Source of the DNA: a virus
Virus record (IMG/VR): IMGVR_UViG_3300032297_000372
Span: 27,614-91,613 of that record
Strand: one strand, 5' to 3'
DNA length: 64,000 nt
Within the stretch, counting starts at the first letter, position 1. The number at the start of each line of letters is the position of its first letter. The notes beneath the pieces are model-generated. The model searched no databases. It was given only the letters and a program-made list of their open reading frames with translations, and had not been told where the DNA came from. Position numbers and translations under genes: made by a program. Positions 21,301-29,376 of this stretch are shown here, one piece after another.

Positions 21301-21815
21301 GAACTTTATCTCAAAGTTTTAGTCAATTCGACTTAGCAACATCCTCCGCCACAGGAGCAAATGCTAACGGTGTAATGTCTTTATCAATATATGATGTGAC
21401 AACTGAAGCAGGTTCAAATAAAGGTAAAACTTACACGATGGAAGGTATATCATATAACTACGAAACCGCTGATAATACTTGGCATCATTTGGCTTTTGTT
21501 TATGAATATCCTAATCTTTGGGTTTATATTGACGGTCAACCTAGATCAAATGTTATAACAAACAAACAAGATATTAATCTAAGTACTGGAGTAAGAACAA
21601 CAAACAACAGTATCAATCAAGAAAATACGAGAATGAATACGGATGGCTCCGCACTCAACATTGGTATGTTCCCAGGCAAAATCTATAAGTATCGATTCAG
21701 TAATACTGCGGTATATACTGGAAATACATCATTTACACCTTCAGCATCATATGGTGTAACTCCAAATACAGTATTCATGTTAGGAACTAGAGAATATCGT
21801 GATTACAATGTATAA
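9375..21815 (+). CDS. gp7: Giant baseplate wedge initiator gp7-like protein with about 18 putative Ig (He_PIG-like) repeats and 6 LamG/concanavalin A-like domains
   Basis: The N-terminal ~780 aa carry gp7 motifs (QLPGFVRE..FVTFLEKYYEW, FYRSKGT..SIKFLFKVLY, QDANKYHNFSYVI..LHPAG). They are followed by repeats of YSIxPSLPxGLxFxTxNGxIxG and LamG motifs DFTxEFW...WHHIACV..YVDG. The gene lies between gp6 and gp8. Confidence 0.8.
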   Translation: MSINYLSPLVEKQLPGFVREENPNFVTFLEKYYEWMETSGKPIYENYNLLNAKDIDLANDYFIKQIKEELLPSFPEEILLDDVKFLKTINQFYRSKGTPDSIKFLFKVLYNENIDIYFPSNDILKLSDGKWVLPLALRVETADPNIFNLVKTQIRGTTSDATAIVEKVVSSVDRALGIQYIELFVSNINRLFATGETLTASYFDGEDTITVNSKLIGSLSEIKIDPKNRGLFYKDNDPRGLFYYPEDIEIQYGGDPVTFVGGLNEEEGSKAQPAEAVVGEVLKGQINEIITVDGGFGFRRSIYPNTSIIDFKGGFASGRLGQESKAEIILVDEKNYRTLNVSNIEIQSFFSNTINSIDNVANNKTINEITTKQSLNLYSIAFLSAVSSGGGYSSRPDIETYSLYNESIDDELVISSAFVTRKTNIIRDSTQDLTQSLEKGDLIRLFVKNRFEQVETVQEVTSNTLTIGSSFETNINNLQVYKVHRRNLTQLGSLGRIRVVNGGSNYNVGDYLIFTSNGRGYGANAQVTQVFAGNNGIKAAEFNESSAYVRGGEGYTLADLPTITINSVTGSNAQLVIPEILGDGEKVELSTSRIGAVSKIKVISYGYDYTSAPIVSLRNADLYLSNVTEGLLFTSNSRVYQGTSNTNTTFEAYFDKYVTGNSHVRIFNYIGTFDDTKQLKSFDNTISADIYDYVFFGNGKAKATAKFENGLIRYPGIYLNEDGQPSSEKRFQDANKYHNFSYVINTENDYKKFSKTLSDVLHPAGTKSFVTRIKKFDNDVASLIITSNNYITTPLSNTFNVFVGTGIAVVTGSSANVNLASSISVGDTIVFRNLLKTLNGTVSYVSGSNTITGNGTNFINDIYDGQVIRLVSGNSEVVAYVTNANSIITQNTLTSTVSNGTISLYYDEVDTVTFVNSNTIFVSTIFPSSGSFVSANLKIDLGAASSLRDIRISTDIPSINLYAGEANNFTPVTASGGIGGIAGYLISPILPDGLVLISSNGNIRGTPTVIRTPTTYTITAYDRRSRGANATFTLGVTPQPLVALRSIASRTISANTLATTFRPVIPSGGYGSVRYTVTPSLPSGVTFDTFTGNLGGIPSVLRAANTYTISLVDDVGQTSSNTFSLTVNALPVITSTIISSRTLTANISNAFTPITATGGYGGLTYNIAPSLPTGLTFDTANGYIFGNTETTLIANTFTITANDGTGQSTSNTFNLTVSLPTPITASLIIDTRTLTANIANSFTPVTATGGYGNLTYSISPSLPTGLTFNTSNGYITGVTSVLSSNTSYTISLVDEYIPVQTASNTFFMNVAPPALTSTMALVTRNLITNSANSFETLTASGGYGQITYSINPALPSGLSLNTSNGFISGTPSANTNLTTYTVTANDGVGQTTSNTFTMKVYTQLLTRSLIASRILNTNVANSFLPVIAVGPSTSGGSANAYYFDGANSGFVIRDWYNAYQIFETDNSRVDDFTVEFWIKANAASQTANATIIQTDFNYKTQLEIAVGSDITGGAGRISFSPLAIVETANSGYYGEPTGLKISTPGNYLDDIWHHVACVRYNDTGYIYVDGVLVANSAAGAWDAAALYPDDYYFVGSDFYIGRAGRSGVYPEFELQADNTFAGYLSNFRISNTAVYTTTFTPSTTQLTRTVNTAILLNQTTIVNNGSASFGSIAAKTVLPTVTTDTTVFSAPSVNLTTGVTYSIAPSLPTGLTFDTANGFITGNSAQTVIANTYTVSVSDESGQVNSNTFIMSVVPTLVLNTGIPFKSLAANSADAFTPANVSGGATPYTYSITPSVPTGLSFNTSNGYINGAASVLSVNTSYTINVTDYLSQTVSNTFTMNVAASALTSTMALSSKNLTIGIANSFNTLTASGGYGTITYNIAPSLPAGLTFNISTGLISGTASANTNLTTYTVTANDGVGQTTSNTFTMQVYYPLATRTLVATKTLNTNVANSFLPIIAVSGSTSETSNVYYFNGTSQGLRLPTTSNLDFGSGDFTVEFWMKAGSSQKTYAMITDALGSNDKVGIGVGINDGNTAGYLRFRAQSSAVKISSTTYVLDNQWHHIACVKSGNNGYVFVDGVLETSTSSWSGVTNASLSDGQIGRSRFSSGTSNDNQYTGYISNFRIIKGTALYTSSFSVPTTVPSAIANTQLLLTSANGAIDSSNNGFTLTAKTVLPTVSTDSEVLSGASLNLTTGVTYSISPSLPTGLTFDTANGFITGNTAQTIIANTYTVSVSDTSGQTASNTFIMNVVPTLTVTTGILFNSLIANSEYAFTPANGVSGITPYTYSISPSLPTALTFDTANGYISGTATVLSSNTNYTITVIDDVSQIASNTFTMNVVSPALTSTMALSSRNLRTGVANSFETLTASGGYGTITYSISPSLPSGLSLNTSNGFISGTATSNTSLTTYTVTATDEGSRTTSNTFTMQVFAELSTVTLVSSKLFTNVSNSFVPVIAVSNYTISNTTNSTANVYSFDGTSQGLRLPTTSNLQFGSDDFTIEFWMKADSIQEPYATIMDATNDNTGTGIGVGYNGTGTPSKLNFFGQGYVAPTLSSTTTVTNNVWYHIACVKSGSNAYLFVNGVLEANSIGGWSGVNAATMSDGQIGRSRYGSGDSNDNTYTGLLSNIRIIKGTALYTSSFSVPTTVPTTIANTQLLLTGANAAIDSSNNGFTLTAKYILPTGITDSSFLVVAGESQNATVNLTTGVTYSISPSLPEGIILNTSNGYISGYASTEIIANTYTITVNDVTGQTASNTFVMSVILPISTTTIVSKTLTTNIANSFTPVTAEGYGNVTYSISPTLPTGLTFDTANGFVTGSTEFNTNLTTYTVTASDELSQTASNTFIMKVYQTLTAYTLIPFRSFAPNTANSFLPVSVLSGTSEGSASVNVYYFDGVNKAFKLPATSDLAFGSSDFTIEFWMKGSPIQDYYAIIMDAGYWGSVLKIQFNESTQDGSIIFNPDQNSVGPLASTTLLNDETWHHIACVKSGNNGYLFVDGVLEDSATGWSSINSTMSEGIIGRSNYANATLSDNAYTGYLKNIRILKGTALYTSTFTPPSTVSAIANTVLLVNGSTITDSSNLALSFTAITVLPSISTETIGATYETGNLTYSIAPSLPTGLTLNTANGFITGNTAQTIIANTYTVSIGDEIGQSSSNTFVMSIVTPLSMSTSDTELSVGIGSSFSSTPATATGGVGTITYSIDGLGGNTLPYGSTINSSNGRISGLVAVEPGRAANAYPLLSTIKVVANDSSSQQASSANIQFTVRGPSVPTSITSRAVRSVIANTTYASINIGVVTGGLGDLKGYIVPVSLGESNAALHPLAFSNAVPGMTWTFDPASNTVFVSGTPTKAIGFQYGVTNNFLGILIEPSTTRSFYIQGFDGTRNSGKGFNSSFEFNVQASQFYANTTTSVVVFNTKTSNTFTPITVSGGYGVNGKITFALSGNTLPAGLSFSNSNGAITGTVSNVYVSNTFTITANDDSFQSASNTFTLRVDASPLGTILSESTKTLALNTATNFTVVTATGGAGIISFALSGNTLPSGLTFETSNGAIIGTPTVLLTGNTYTITASDSVSNTSAQTFVLIVEEPVFKYQLADGGWIADASPLASPISLATVSQTGSPTTTNSPTISTDTPATANAYSLNTVFTKLFYSGTNTGYFLNTAPNPAYTLGNSDFTVEAWVKLTNSTFGREQLLVRKGTLWDYSMEGGDPATATEFTTSNSTAIVRLSEYGSRNAQFDPFFNVDAYDNYDIATYSGKWTHFALVFKANTSGTTISGTNDVDAGTVTIFLNGRPYYTELVPYAYGDNTIQVTDPSLYNIDFGGNTGFNFAQTLGKIYKLKISDKVVYPVNEYFTPTPDYGVDSNTLFFLDVADSSNNYYTNANNYTSQIKLVDFVANTMVNLENNNEDSLANTITLSADIPSGGNISSNSSQTTANGSGFGWFIQNYYYSYLNKAVYNVYSQNWTVESWFKWSTSNFANTQQQGTLSQSFSQFDLATSSATGANANGVMSLSIYDVTTEAGSNKGKTYTMEGISYNYETADNTWHHLAFVYEYPNLWVYIDGQPRSNVITNKQDINLSTGVRTTNNSINQENTRMNTDGSALNIGMFPGKIYKYRFSNTAVYTGNTSFTPSASYGVTPNTVFMLGTREYRDYNV
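15742..17399 (+). repeat. Perfect intragenic direct repeats between LamG2 and LamG3 of gp7
   Basis: 63 nt are identical at 15742-15804 and 17251-17313, and 43 nt at 15848-15890 and 17357-17399. Both pairs have a 1509-nt offset. Confidence 0.85.
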
Positions 21816-21840
21816 TATTAAAATACCTTTGAAAAAATTA

Positions 21841-21848
21841 AATAAATA
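21841..21848 (+). promoter_or_regulatory. Late promoter-like AATAAATA
   Basis: Intergenic, 5 nt before the gp8 ATG. Confidence 0.65.
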
Positions 21849-21853
21849 GAACT

Positions 21854-23194
21854 ATGTCAACTATAATAACCACAAATTTTTCAACTGAAATCGCACAACA
21901 ATTCTATAATCTTATGGATGTTAGTGCTAACGATTATCTTCCTGATGATAGAAAATCATACCTCTATTGTGCTGTGGGTAGAGAATTGCCATGGAATGAA
22001 GGACAAGAAATTGAGCCAACACCAGGTCAATCGACAAGAGATTTAATTGAATACTATGATGAAGGTATTGTCGCTAAGCGAATGACATTAAACGATGTAA
22101 GTTTTGTTATTCCTAGAATTGACTGGACTTCCAATACAGCATATGCACAATATGGATGTACTGTATGTCCTATTAACACCAATTTTTATGTATTGAATTC
22201 TAAACGACAAGTTTTTAAATGTTTAGACAACAATGGTGGTATAAATTCTACGTATGAACCTGAGATTACTTTATCAACCACTTCATTAGAAGAACCTTAT
22301 TTTGTTACAGGTGATGGTTATAAATGGAAATACCTATACACATTAACCACATCACAACAAGAAAAATACTTAACCGAACGTTGGATGCCGGTTACATACA
22401 ATAGATTCGTCAGAAATGCTGCTATTAATAGGAGCATAGATATTGTAAGAATTACAAATGCTGGTAATAACTATGTCGATGGTTCTTTACAATCAATTAT
22501 AAGTATCGATGGTGATGGTGGCGGCGCTGTTCTAAGAGCAAATGTAATCAACGGACATGTCTCAGAAATAATTATACAAGACAGAGGTTTAGGTTATACT
22601 AAGGCAAATTTAATATTTACTGATGTTGCCGGCGGTATAGGTTCAAATGCTGCAGCTAGCGTAGTGTTATCACCACAAAACGGTCATGGATATAATCCAG
22701 CACAAGAATTATATGCAAACACCATCATGTTTAATGTTGATTTTGATGGATCGGAGTCTGGAGTTTATCCAGTAGAAAATGATTTTCGTTTAGTTTATAT
22801 AATTAAAAATCCTTATAAAGCCGGAACATTAGAACTTGCAGATTCAAACATATACACTTTGTACACAAAAGTAGATGTTTCACCAGGTATTGGTGATTAC
22901 AATGATGACGAATATGTTTTCCAAGGTGATTCTTTTGATGAAGCAACTTTTAGAGGAACTGTAATTTCATTTGATGAAGCTGCAAATCAATTATATCTAA
23001 ATGATATAAGAGGCACATACAATAACAACATACCACTTAAAGGCAATCTAAGTGGTGCGATTAGAATTGCTTTAGCAAAAACAGATCCGACATTAGCATT
23101 ATATACTGGTGATATACTGCATGTTTCAGAGATAATACCGATTTCTAGAAGTGAAAACCAAAAAGACAGAATAAAATTCATACTAAGTTTTTAG
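21854..23194 (+). CDS. gp8: Baseplate wedge subunit gp8
   Basis: Motifs VIPRIDWT, FYVLNS..VFKCLDNN, TGDGYKWKYLYT and the C-terminal RSENQKDRIKFILSF. Confidence 0.9.
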   Translation: MSTIITTNFSTEIAQQFYNLMDVSANDYLPDDRKSYLYCAVGRELPWNEGQEIEPTPGQSTRDLIEYYDEGIVAKRMTLNDVSFVIPRIDWTSNTAYAQYGCTVCPINTNFYVLNSKRQVFKCLDNNGGINSTYEPEITLSTTSLEEPYFVTGDGYKWKYLYTLTTSQQEKYLTERWMPVTYNRFVRNAAINRSIDIVRITNAGNNYVDGSLQSIISIDGDGGGAVLRANVINGHVSEIIIQDRGLGYTKANLIFTDVAGGIGSNAAASVVLSPQNGHGYNPAQELYANTIMFNVDFDGSESGVYPVENDFRLVYIIKNPYKAGTLELADSNIYTLYTKVDVSPGIGDYNDDEYVFQGDSFDEATFRGTVISFDEAANQLYLNDIRGTYNNNIPLKGNLSGAIRIALAKTDPTLALYTGDILHVSEIIPISRSENQKDRIKFILSF

Positions 23195-23207
23195 TAACGA
23201 GGAATAA

Positions 23208-26200
23208 ATGACAAAACTTTTCAATTTTGACCCATATAACGATGATTTTGATGAAGATAAAAACTTCATGCGTCTATTGTTTAGACCGGGTTATGCATTA
23301 CAAGCAAGAGAACTAACACAATTACAAACCATTTTATCGAGTCAGATTGAAAAGTTTGGTAACCATATCTTTCAGAACGGTAGTCCAATTACTGGCGGTA
23401 AAATCTCTCTTGATGATAGAGCTAACTATGTTATTTTAGAAACTCAATATTCAGGTGCAGATATTTCTTTAGATTTGTTCCTGAACACAACTGTTGTCAG
23501 TTATAACTCAACTAAAAATGTTCGTGCTAAAGTTATTGCTATTGATAATAATACCAATACAACACCTGTGATGATTGTTAAGTATTTGAGTGGTGATAGA
23601 TTTGCTGAGACTGATGAGATAAAAGTTGTAGGTCAAAATTTATTTGCTCAAGTTAGAGCCAATGATGCTGTTGGTCGTTCTTACGTTGCCAGCATTCAAG
23701 AAGGTGTTTATTTCTTCAAAGGACAATTTGTCAAAGTTGTTCCAGAATTTCTAGTATTAGAACCATTCTATCGTGTAGGTAATAACTCTACTGTTATCAA
23801 CAAACAACCATCATACAAAATTGGTATTGAATTCGATGAATTGGTTATCGATGAAGTTGATGATGCTTCTTTATTGGATCCTGCACAAGGATCATTTAAC
23901 TATCAAGCACCAGGTGCTACTAGATTTAAAGTCGATACTCGTTTGTCTAAGAGAACATTAGATTCTGCTGACGAATCTTCATTCTTTGAAGTTATTCGTT
24001 TAGTTAACGGTGTAAAAACTAAAGAGATTGATTATCCAATTTACAGTGAATTGGAAAAGACATTGGCTCGCAGAACATTTGAAGAATCTGGTAACTATAC
24101 TGTTGATCCTTTTGTTCTTTCAATGCAAGAAGATTGGCAAGATCCAGCAAATAACAATGTTGTTAATGCTGATTATTTTTCTGCTATTCTCGATCCAGGT
24201 AAAGCATATGTTGGTGGTTATGAATTTCAAACAATTGCACCAACAGTATTAGGTATTCCAAGAGCAAGAGCTACATCTAACGTTTCTGATTACGATGTGC
24301 CTACTTCATATGGTAGTTATGTTTTTGTTAAGAACGTTTCTAAAACATTAGATGTTACTTCTTTCCCACAATTAGATATACATTGCGTTTCAGCTGAAAA
24401 AATCGATACATCATCTACAGCAAAATATGATTCTACTAAAATAGGAACATTACGTGCTAACATGTTGAAATATGATGATGCAACATCTAGAGCTGATGGG
24501 CTAACTCATATTCACAGAATGCATGTGTTTCAAGTTAACACATCTTCAATCATAGGTACTACTGCGGCATCAGCATCTACAAATACTGTAGTTAAGTTGC
24601 CAACTTCATTTACTGCTAATGGTGGTATTAACGCATATGCAAATATGTACTTTAGAATCACTGATGGTGCTGGTCTTGCAGTTGCACCTATTCTGATTGA
24701 ATCTTCTAACAATGCTAATTTGACAATTACATTGCAATCTGCATTACCTTTTATTCCTGCATCAAATGCTTTCTCTATTGATGCTGACTTTTATAGAGCA
24801 GAAGGTTTTTCGGTTAAGAGTGGTACATCATTAACATTCTCAGCAAACGTTGATAGTTCATCAAAAGATACAGATGGTTTCTCTTTAATTACTGAAAAGA
24901 GTAGAGAGAATGCTGTATTTGATTTGCCATTTGAAGCTATCAAACAAGGCACTATTGATAATTTCGATTTCTATGCCACAAAATTATATTCAAATAAAGT
25001 TTCTAATTTAGGCGGAACAATTTCTTTCGCACCTAACGGTACAGATACTTTTGCTTTTGCTGGTTCAGCTGGTGTTTTAGGTCAAACAACAATTTTGAAT
25101 AACATTATTTGTTTTGTTCGACCAGAAACAAATGCGAACGTTCAATTTGGTATCTACCCAAATACAATTTTAAGTTTAGCAAATTCAAACTTCACCGTTA
25201 CTGCTGTTGGTGATGGTTCGTTGACATTTGACATTAGAGTTCCTGCAACTTATGTTGATTTCTTAATTAAGACTAAAGTTAATAATGCAGAAGCTGGTGC
25301 AACTGGTGCTATTCGTTCTAAGACACTGCGACCATCATTAAGTGCTGCTGAAGATTTGCATGTTAAAGTTCCTTACAATTTAAAACCTGCTGGTACAGAT
25401 TTAGAAAGATTAACATCATCAAATACAGGAACAGTAACAACATTTACTGGTGGTTATGTTTTTGAAACTGTTGGTGCTACATTCTTTGACACAACTAGTG
25501 CGATGGCAGATTTGAAAACACCAGGTAAAGCAGTAAGTTTACAAGTACCTGATATTTTCGAAATCGTTAGAATTACCGACTCACGTACCAACACCACAAA
25601 TGTTACAACTGCAATGTTGACGAGTGACGACCATGATGTCACATCACACTATGAATTTGATAATGGCCAAAGAAGAACACATTACGATCACGCTACTATA
25701 CGTCTAAAACGTGGTTATAGTTCGCCTATCGGATCAACTTTATTGGTGCAATACAAATACTACGCACATGGGTTATCACCACAAAATAGTGGATTGTTTA
25801 CTGTAGATTCTTATCCAGGTGATTATGCTGATATTCCATTATTTAATGACAAAGAGGGTAATCGATTAATTTCAGCACGAGGATTTTTAGACTTTAGACC
25901 TACGAGAGCTATTGCAGGAACAACAATTGCAAACGGTGTTAATGCTGATCCGGATGAAGTTGCGGAATTATCTTTTGAACATTATCTATCACGTATCGAT
26001 CAAATCGTTGTTAAACCTTCAAAAGAAATTGGTGTAATACAGGGGCAACCAGGTGTTAAGCCTGTACAACCTACCGTATCTGGTGATGATATGTTGATAT
26101 ACACACTGTATATCCCACCATATACTGATGATGTAAAAGTAATTCGTGCAGATTTCAAAAATAACCGTAGATTCACCATGAGTGATATCGGTGCGTTTGA

Positions 26201-29200
26201 AAATCGTATTAAAGGTTTAGAATATTATGTTGCTCTGAACGCACTTGAGAAAAATGCAAATGATTCAAAAGTTCTAGATGCCAATGGTTTAGAAAGATCG
26301 AAATATGGTATTCTAGTAGATAACTTTACTTCAACAGATGTACAAGCATCTTACAGTGATGTTAGTTTTGACAATCGTTGCTTAGTAGAAAACGGTGAGT
26401 TGAAACCAGCCTCATTAATGCGTACATTTAAATTAGATTTTGATGAAGATGCTTCTTCTGGTAATTATGCTGCTGTTGGTGTAGCCGATAAGAAAACATT
26501 AATGTTGGCATATTCAACAACAGAAATGGTTAAACAACCTTACGCTACTAAAACTGTTCCTGTTGCTGGTGCCATTTATGGTAACTTTAACGGAAAGATG
26601 AAACTTTTCCCAGAATTTACCATGGAAAGTGACATCGATAAAACAGCAAGAGTTACATTGAATTCTGTTCAAGGATTAGAAAATGCATTTAATTTCGTTA
26701 ATGAGGCATTTCAATTTATAAGTGATGCAAATCCTACATGGGTAAATGATGCTAACAATCCTTTCGCAAAAGTTGTAGATTCTAAATGGTTCGAAACAGT
26801 ATCAACTGTTACTAATCAAACCGTAGGCCTTGGTGGTAATGTTTTTGGTAATCAACAAATTACTACAGACCGTGTTTACATTTCAAAAGGCGCCACACTA
26901 AGTCAAGAACAATTTGGTGTTTCAACCAGCGAAACTAAAATTGGCGATTTCGTTACTGATGTTTCTATCAACCCATATTTGAAGCCTAGAGCTATTACAT
27001 TTATCTCTAATGCTCTTCGCCCATTCACAAGATTCTATTCATTCTTTGATGGTACAGCTGTAGATAACTTTATCGTTATTCCTAATAAAGTATATTTGGG
27101 TGCGAACACAGAATTCTCTGATGGTGAGGTAGCACTTTTAGCAAATAATACTGGTGAATTAGCTACTCAATTGAATAGTTGGTTGGCTGGTGGAACAGCT
27201 TTCAATTTAGTTCGTGTAGTTAATTCAATACCGGGAACAAATACAGTTTCAATTGTTAATGAAACTGGTTTAGCATTAACTGGTAAATATCTAAAAGGAT
27301 TGACATCACTAAAAGAAGGTTACATATCTACTTTAGTTGAACATAAGTCTGGTATAACACGAACCTTAACATCAAATACTATTACATTAGCTTCAGATGC
27401 TCCTTCTGTTAATATTGCTGGTAACACAATATACTTCATACACGAAGCCTCAACTGAAGAGGGTAGAGGTTCTTCTTATACAATTACAAACTATAATACA
27501 ACAACTAAAGTTGCTAATATTTCAGGTACACTCAGTACCACAGATGCAGCTTCAAATAGTTGGATATATTCTATAGGTACAAACATAACAAATAAACATG
27601 GAGATATTGCTGGTGTATTCTACCCACCAGCAGCAACATTCCGTACAGGCGAAAGAAAACTACGATTAACAGAATCATTCAACAACACTTATGATTTAGA
27701 TTCTATTTCATTTACTGAAAAGACTTTTGTATCTTCAGGTGTAACTGTTAACAAAACAACTTTAGTTGATACAGTTTACAATGTGGATGTTGGTGTTAAA
27801 GTTGTAGGTACAGCTACTTCAGCAATCTTACAATCTACCGCTTCTGAAAGTAGAATTACAAGTACATGGCGAGTTGACCCATTAGCACAAACTTTCTTTG
27901 TTGATCCTTCAGTATATCCAAATGGATTAACAATGTCTAGTGTTAATGTATTCTTTAGTTCTAAAGATGATGATTTGCCCGTATCAGTACAAATCCGACC
28001 TACAATTAATGGATTACCTTCTTCCGATTTCTGGTATCCTGAATCTGTTGTTGTTAAAAATCCTAATGATGTTACTATTACTTCAGCTCCTGATGCGGAT
28101 GATTTAACAACATCAACTGAGTTTACTTTCCCTTCTCCTGTTTTCTTAAAACCAGGTCTGTACGCACTAGTTGTATTGTGTGATAGTCCTGATTACATAG
28201 TATGGACAGCAGAAAAAGGACAAACAACCACAGGCGGTCAGTACGTTTCAATTAATCCTTATGTTGGTACATTGTACAAATCTCAAAACTCTATGGAATA
28301 TGTTCCATATATTAATGAAGATTTGATGTTTGTTTTGAATAGATGTGTGTTTACAACAGATCCAGCAAACTTCGTATTAAGAACTCCAAACTTTGATAGA
28401 AAGTATAACATCGATAAGTTTAGATTGCTTGATCGAGGAATATCATTACTTTCAAATGAAGCTTTCTCTGCAAGTTATTCTTTCATTTCTAAACCTGTAG
28501 ATGGTGTTAAAGAAACGGTATATAGAACTATTGAGCCAAGAGTAACTTACTATATGGGTGACGATACAAAATATGCTATTGGGTATAGAAGAAAAGAAGT
28601 TCAGAATTCTGGCGATTTCATGATTAAATATCAAATTTCTACCAATGATCCTGCCGTTTCACCGATGGTATCTTTAGAAGCTATGCACTTAAATGCATGG
28701 GAAAACTTCATCGACAATGCTGAAATTAATGAAGAAGATTTTAATATCATATCACCAGGTTCTGGTTATGCAAATTCGAATACAGTTACAATCTCATCAA
28801 CTACAGGTTCGGGTGCTTTAGTTTATCTGAATGTTGATCCTAGTGGTAACGTTTTAAGTTTGAATGTTGCTGCAAGCGGTACAGGTTATTTGGATGACTT
28901 TAGTATTTCAGTTCCAGTAACTGCTTCAAATGCTTCTATTGTATTGAATAGTGAATATGATAGTTCTGGCGGTCCATGTTTAGCAAGATACATTACAAAA
29001 CCAATTACTCTTGCTGATGGTTTTGATGCTGGCGATATAAGAATATTCTTATCAGCAAATAAACCGACTGGTACAGAAGTTACTGTTTTTGCTAAAATTC
29101 TATCTTCATCTGATAGCACTCCATTTAAAGATAGAGGTTATCAGAAATTAGAATGCTTCAATCCAACAAACTTTGCTACAACTAAAGAAAATGAATTTAT

Positions 29201-29375
29201 AGAATATGAATTCAGACCTTCTTTGACAGAAGATAATATAACTTACACAGCCGATAACGGAATTATTTACGATAATTTTAAAACATTCTCAATTAAAATT
29301 GTCATGACTTCCCTCGATCCTTCAGTTATTCCGAGAGTCAAAGATTTAAGGATAATTGCTTTACCGGCAGGTTAA
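23208..29375 (+). CDS. VrlC-like large virion structural protein
   Basis: Motifs PYNDDFDEDKNF.RLLFRPGYALQARELTQLQTIL, LARRTFEESGNY, DPLAQTFFV and the C-terminal PRVKDLRIIAL, typical of the VrlC-like proteins of T4-like cyanophages. Confidence 0.85.
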   Translation: MTKLFNFDPYNDDFDEDKNFMRLLFRPGYALQARELTQLQTILSSQIEKFGNHIFQNGSPITGGKISLDDRANYVILETQYSGADISLDLFLNTTVVSYNSTKNVRAKVIAIDNNTNTTPVMIVKYLSGDRFAETDEIKVVGQNLFAQVRANDAVGRSYVASIQEGVYFFKGQFVKVVPEFLVLEPFYRVGNNSTVINKQPSYKIGIEFDELVIDEVDDASLLDPAQGSFNYQAPGATRFKVDTRLSKRTLDSADESSFFEVIRLVNGVKTKEIDYPIYSELEKTLARRTFEESGNYTVDPFVLSMQEDWQDPANNNVVNADYFSAILDPGKAYVGGYEFQTIAPTVLGIPRARATSNVSDYDVPTSYGSYVFVKNVSKTLDVTSFPQLDIHCVSAEKIDTSSTAKYDSTKIGTLRANMLKYDDATSRADGLTHIHRMHVFQVNTSSIIGTTAASASTNTVVKLPTSFTANGGINAYANMYFRITDGAGLAVAPILIESSNNANLTITLQSALPFIPASNAFSIDADFYRAEGFSVKSGTSLTFSANVDSSSKDTDGFSLITEKSRENAVFDLPFEAIKQGTIDNFDFYATKLYSNKVSNLGGTISFAPNGTDTFAFAGSAGVLGQTTILNNIICFVRPETNANVQFGIYPNTILSLANSNFTVTAVGDGSLTFDIRVPATYVDFLIKTKVNNAEAGATGAIRSKTLRPSLSAAEDLHVKVPYNLKPAGTDLERLTSSNTGTVTTFTGGYVFETVGATFFDTTSAMADLKTPGKAVSLQVPDIFEIVRITDSRTNTTNVTTAMLTSDDHDVTSHYEFDNGQRRTHYDHATIRLKRGYSSPIGSTLLVQYKYYAHGLSPQNSGLFTVDSYPGDYADIPLFNDKEGNRLISARGFLDFRPTRAIAGTTIANGVNADPDEVAELSFEHYLSRIDQIVVKPSKEIGVIQGQPGVKPVQPTVSGDDMLIYTLYIPPYTDDVKVIRADFKNNRRFTMSDIGAFENRIKGLEYYVALNALEKNANDSKVLDANGLERSKYGILVDNFTSTDVQASYSDVSFDNRCLVENGELKPASLMRTFKLDFDEDASSGNYAAVGVADKKTLMLAYSTTEMVKQPYATKTVPVAGAIYGNFNGKMKLFPEFTMESDIDKTARVTLNSVQGLENAFNFVNEAFQFISDANPTWVNDANNPFAKVVDSKWFETVSTVTNQTVGLGGNVFGNQQITTDRVYISKGATLSQEQFGVSTSETKIGDFVTDVSINPYLKPRAITFISNALRPFTRFYSFFDGTAVDNFIVIPNKVYLGANTEFSDGEVALLANNTGELATQLNSWLAGGTAFNLVRVVNSIPGTNTVSIVNETGLALTGKYLKGLTSLKEGYISTLVEHKSGITRTLTSNTITLASDAPSVNIAGNTIYFIHEASTEEGRGSSYTITNYNTTTKVANISGTLSTTDAASNSWIYSIGTNITNKHGDIAGVFYPPAATFRTGERKLRLTESFNNTYDLDSISFTEKTFVSSGVTVNKTTLVDTVYNVDVGVKVVGTATSAILQSTASESRITSTWRVDPLAQTFFVDPSVYPNGLTMSSVNVFFSSKDDDLPVSVQIRPTINGLPSSDFWYPESVVVKNPNDVTITSAPDADDLTTSTEFTFPSPVFLKPGLYALVVLCDSPDYIVWTAEKGQTTTGGQYVSINPYVGTLYKSQNSMEYVPYINEDLMFVLNRCVFTTDPANFVLRTPNFDRKYNIDKFRLLDRGISLLSNEAFSASYSFISKPVDGVKETVYRTIEPRVTYYMGDDTKYAIGYRRKEVQNSGDFMIKYQISTNDPAVSPMVSLEAMHLNAWENFIDNAEINEEDFNIISPGSGYANSNTVTISSTTGSGALVYLNVDPSGNVLSLNVAASGTGYLDDFSISVPVTASNASIVLNSEYDSSGGPCLARYITKPITLADGFDAGDIRIFLSANKPTGTEVTVFAKILSSSDSTPFKDRGYQKLECFNPTNFATTKENEFIEYEFRPSLTEDNITYTADNGIIYDNFKTFSIKIVMTSLDPSVIPRVKDLRIIALPAG

Positions 29376-29376
29376 T

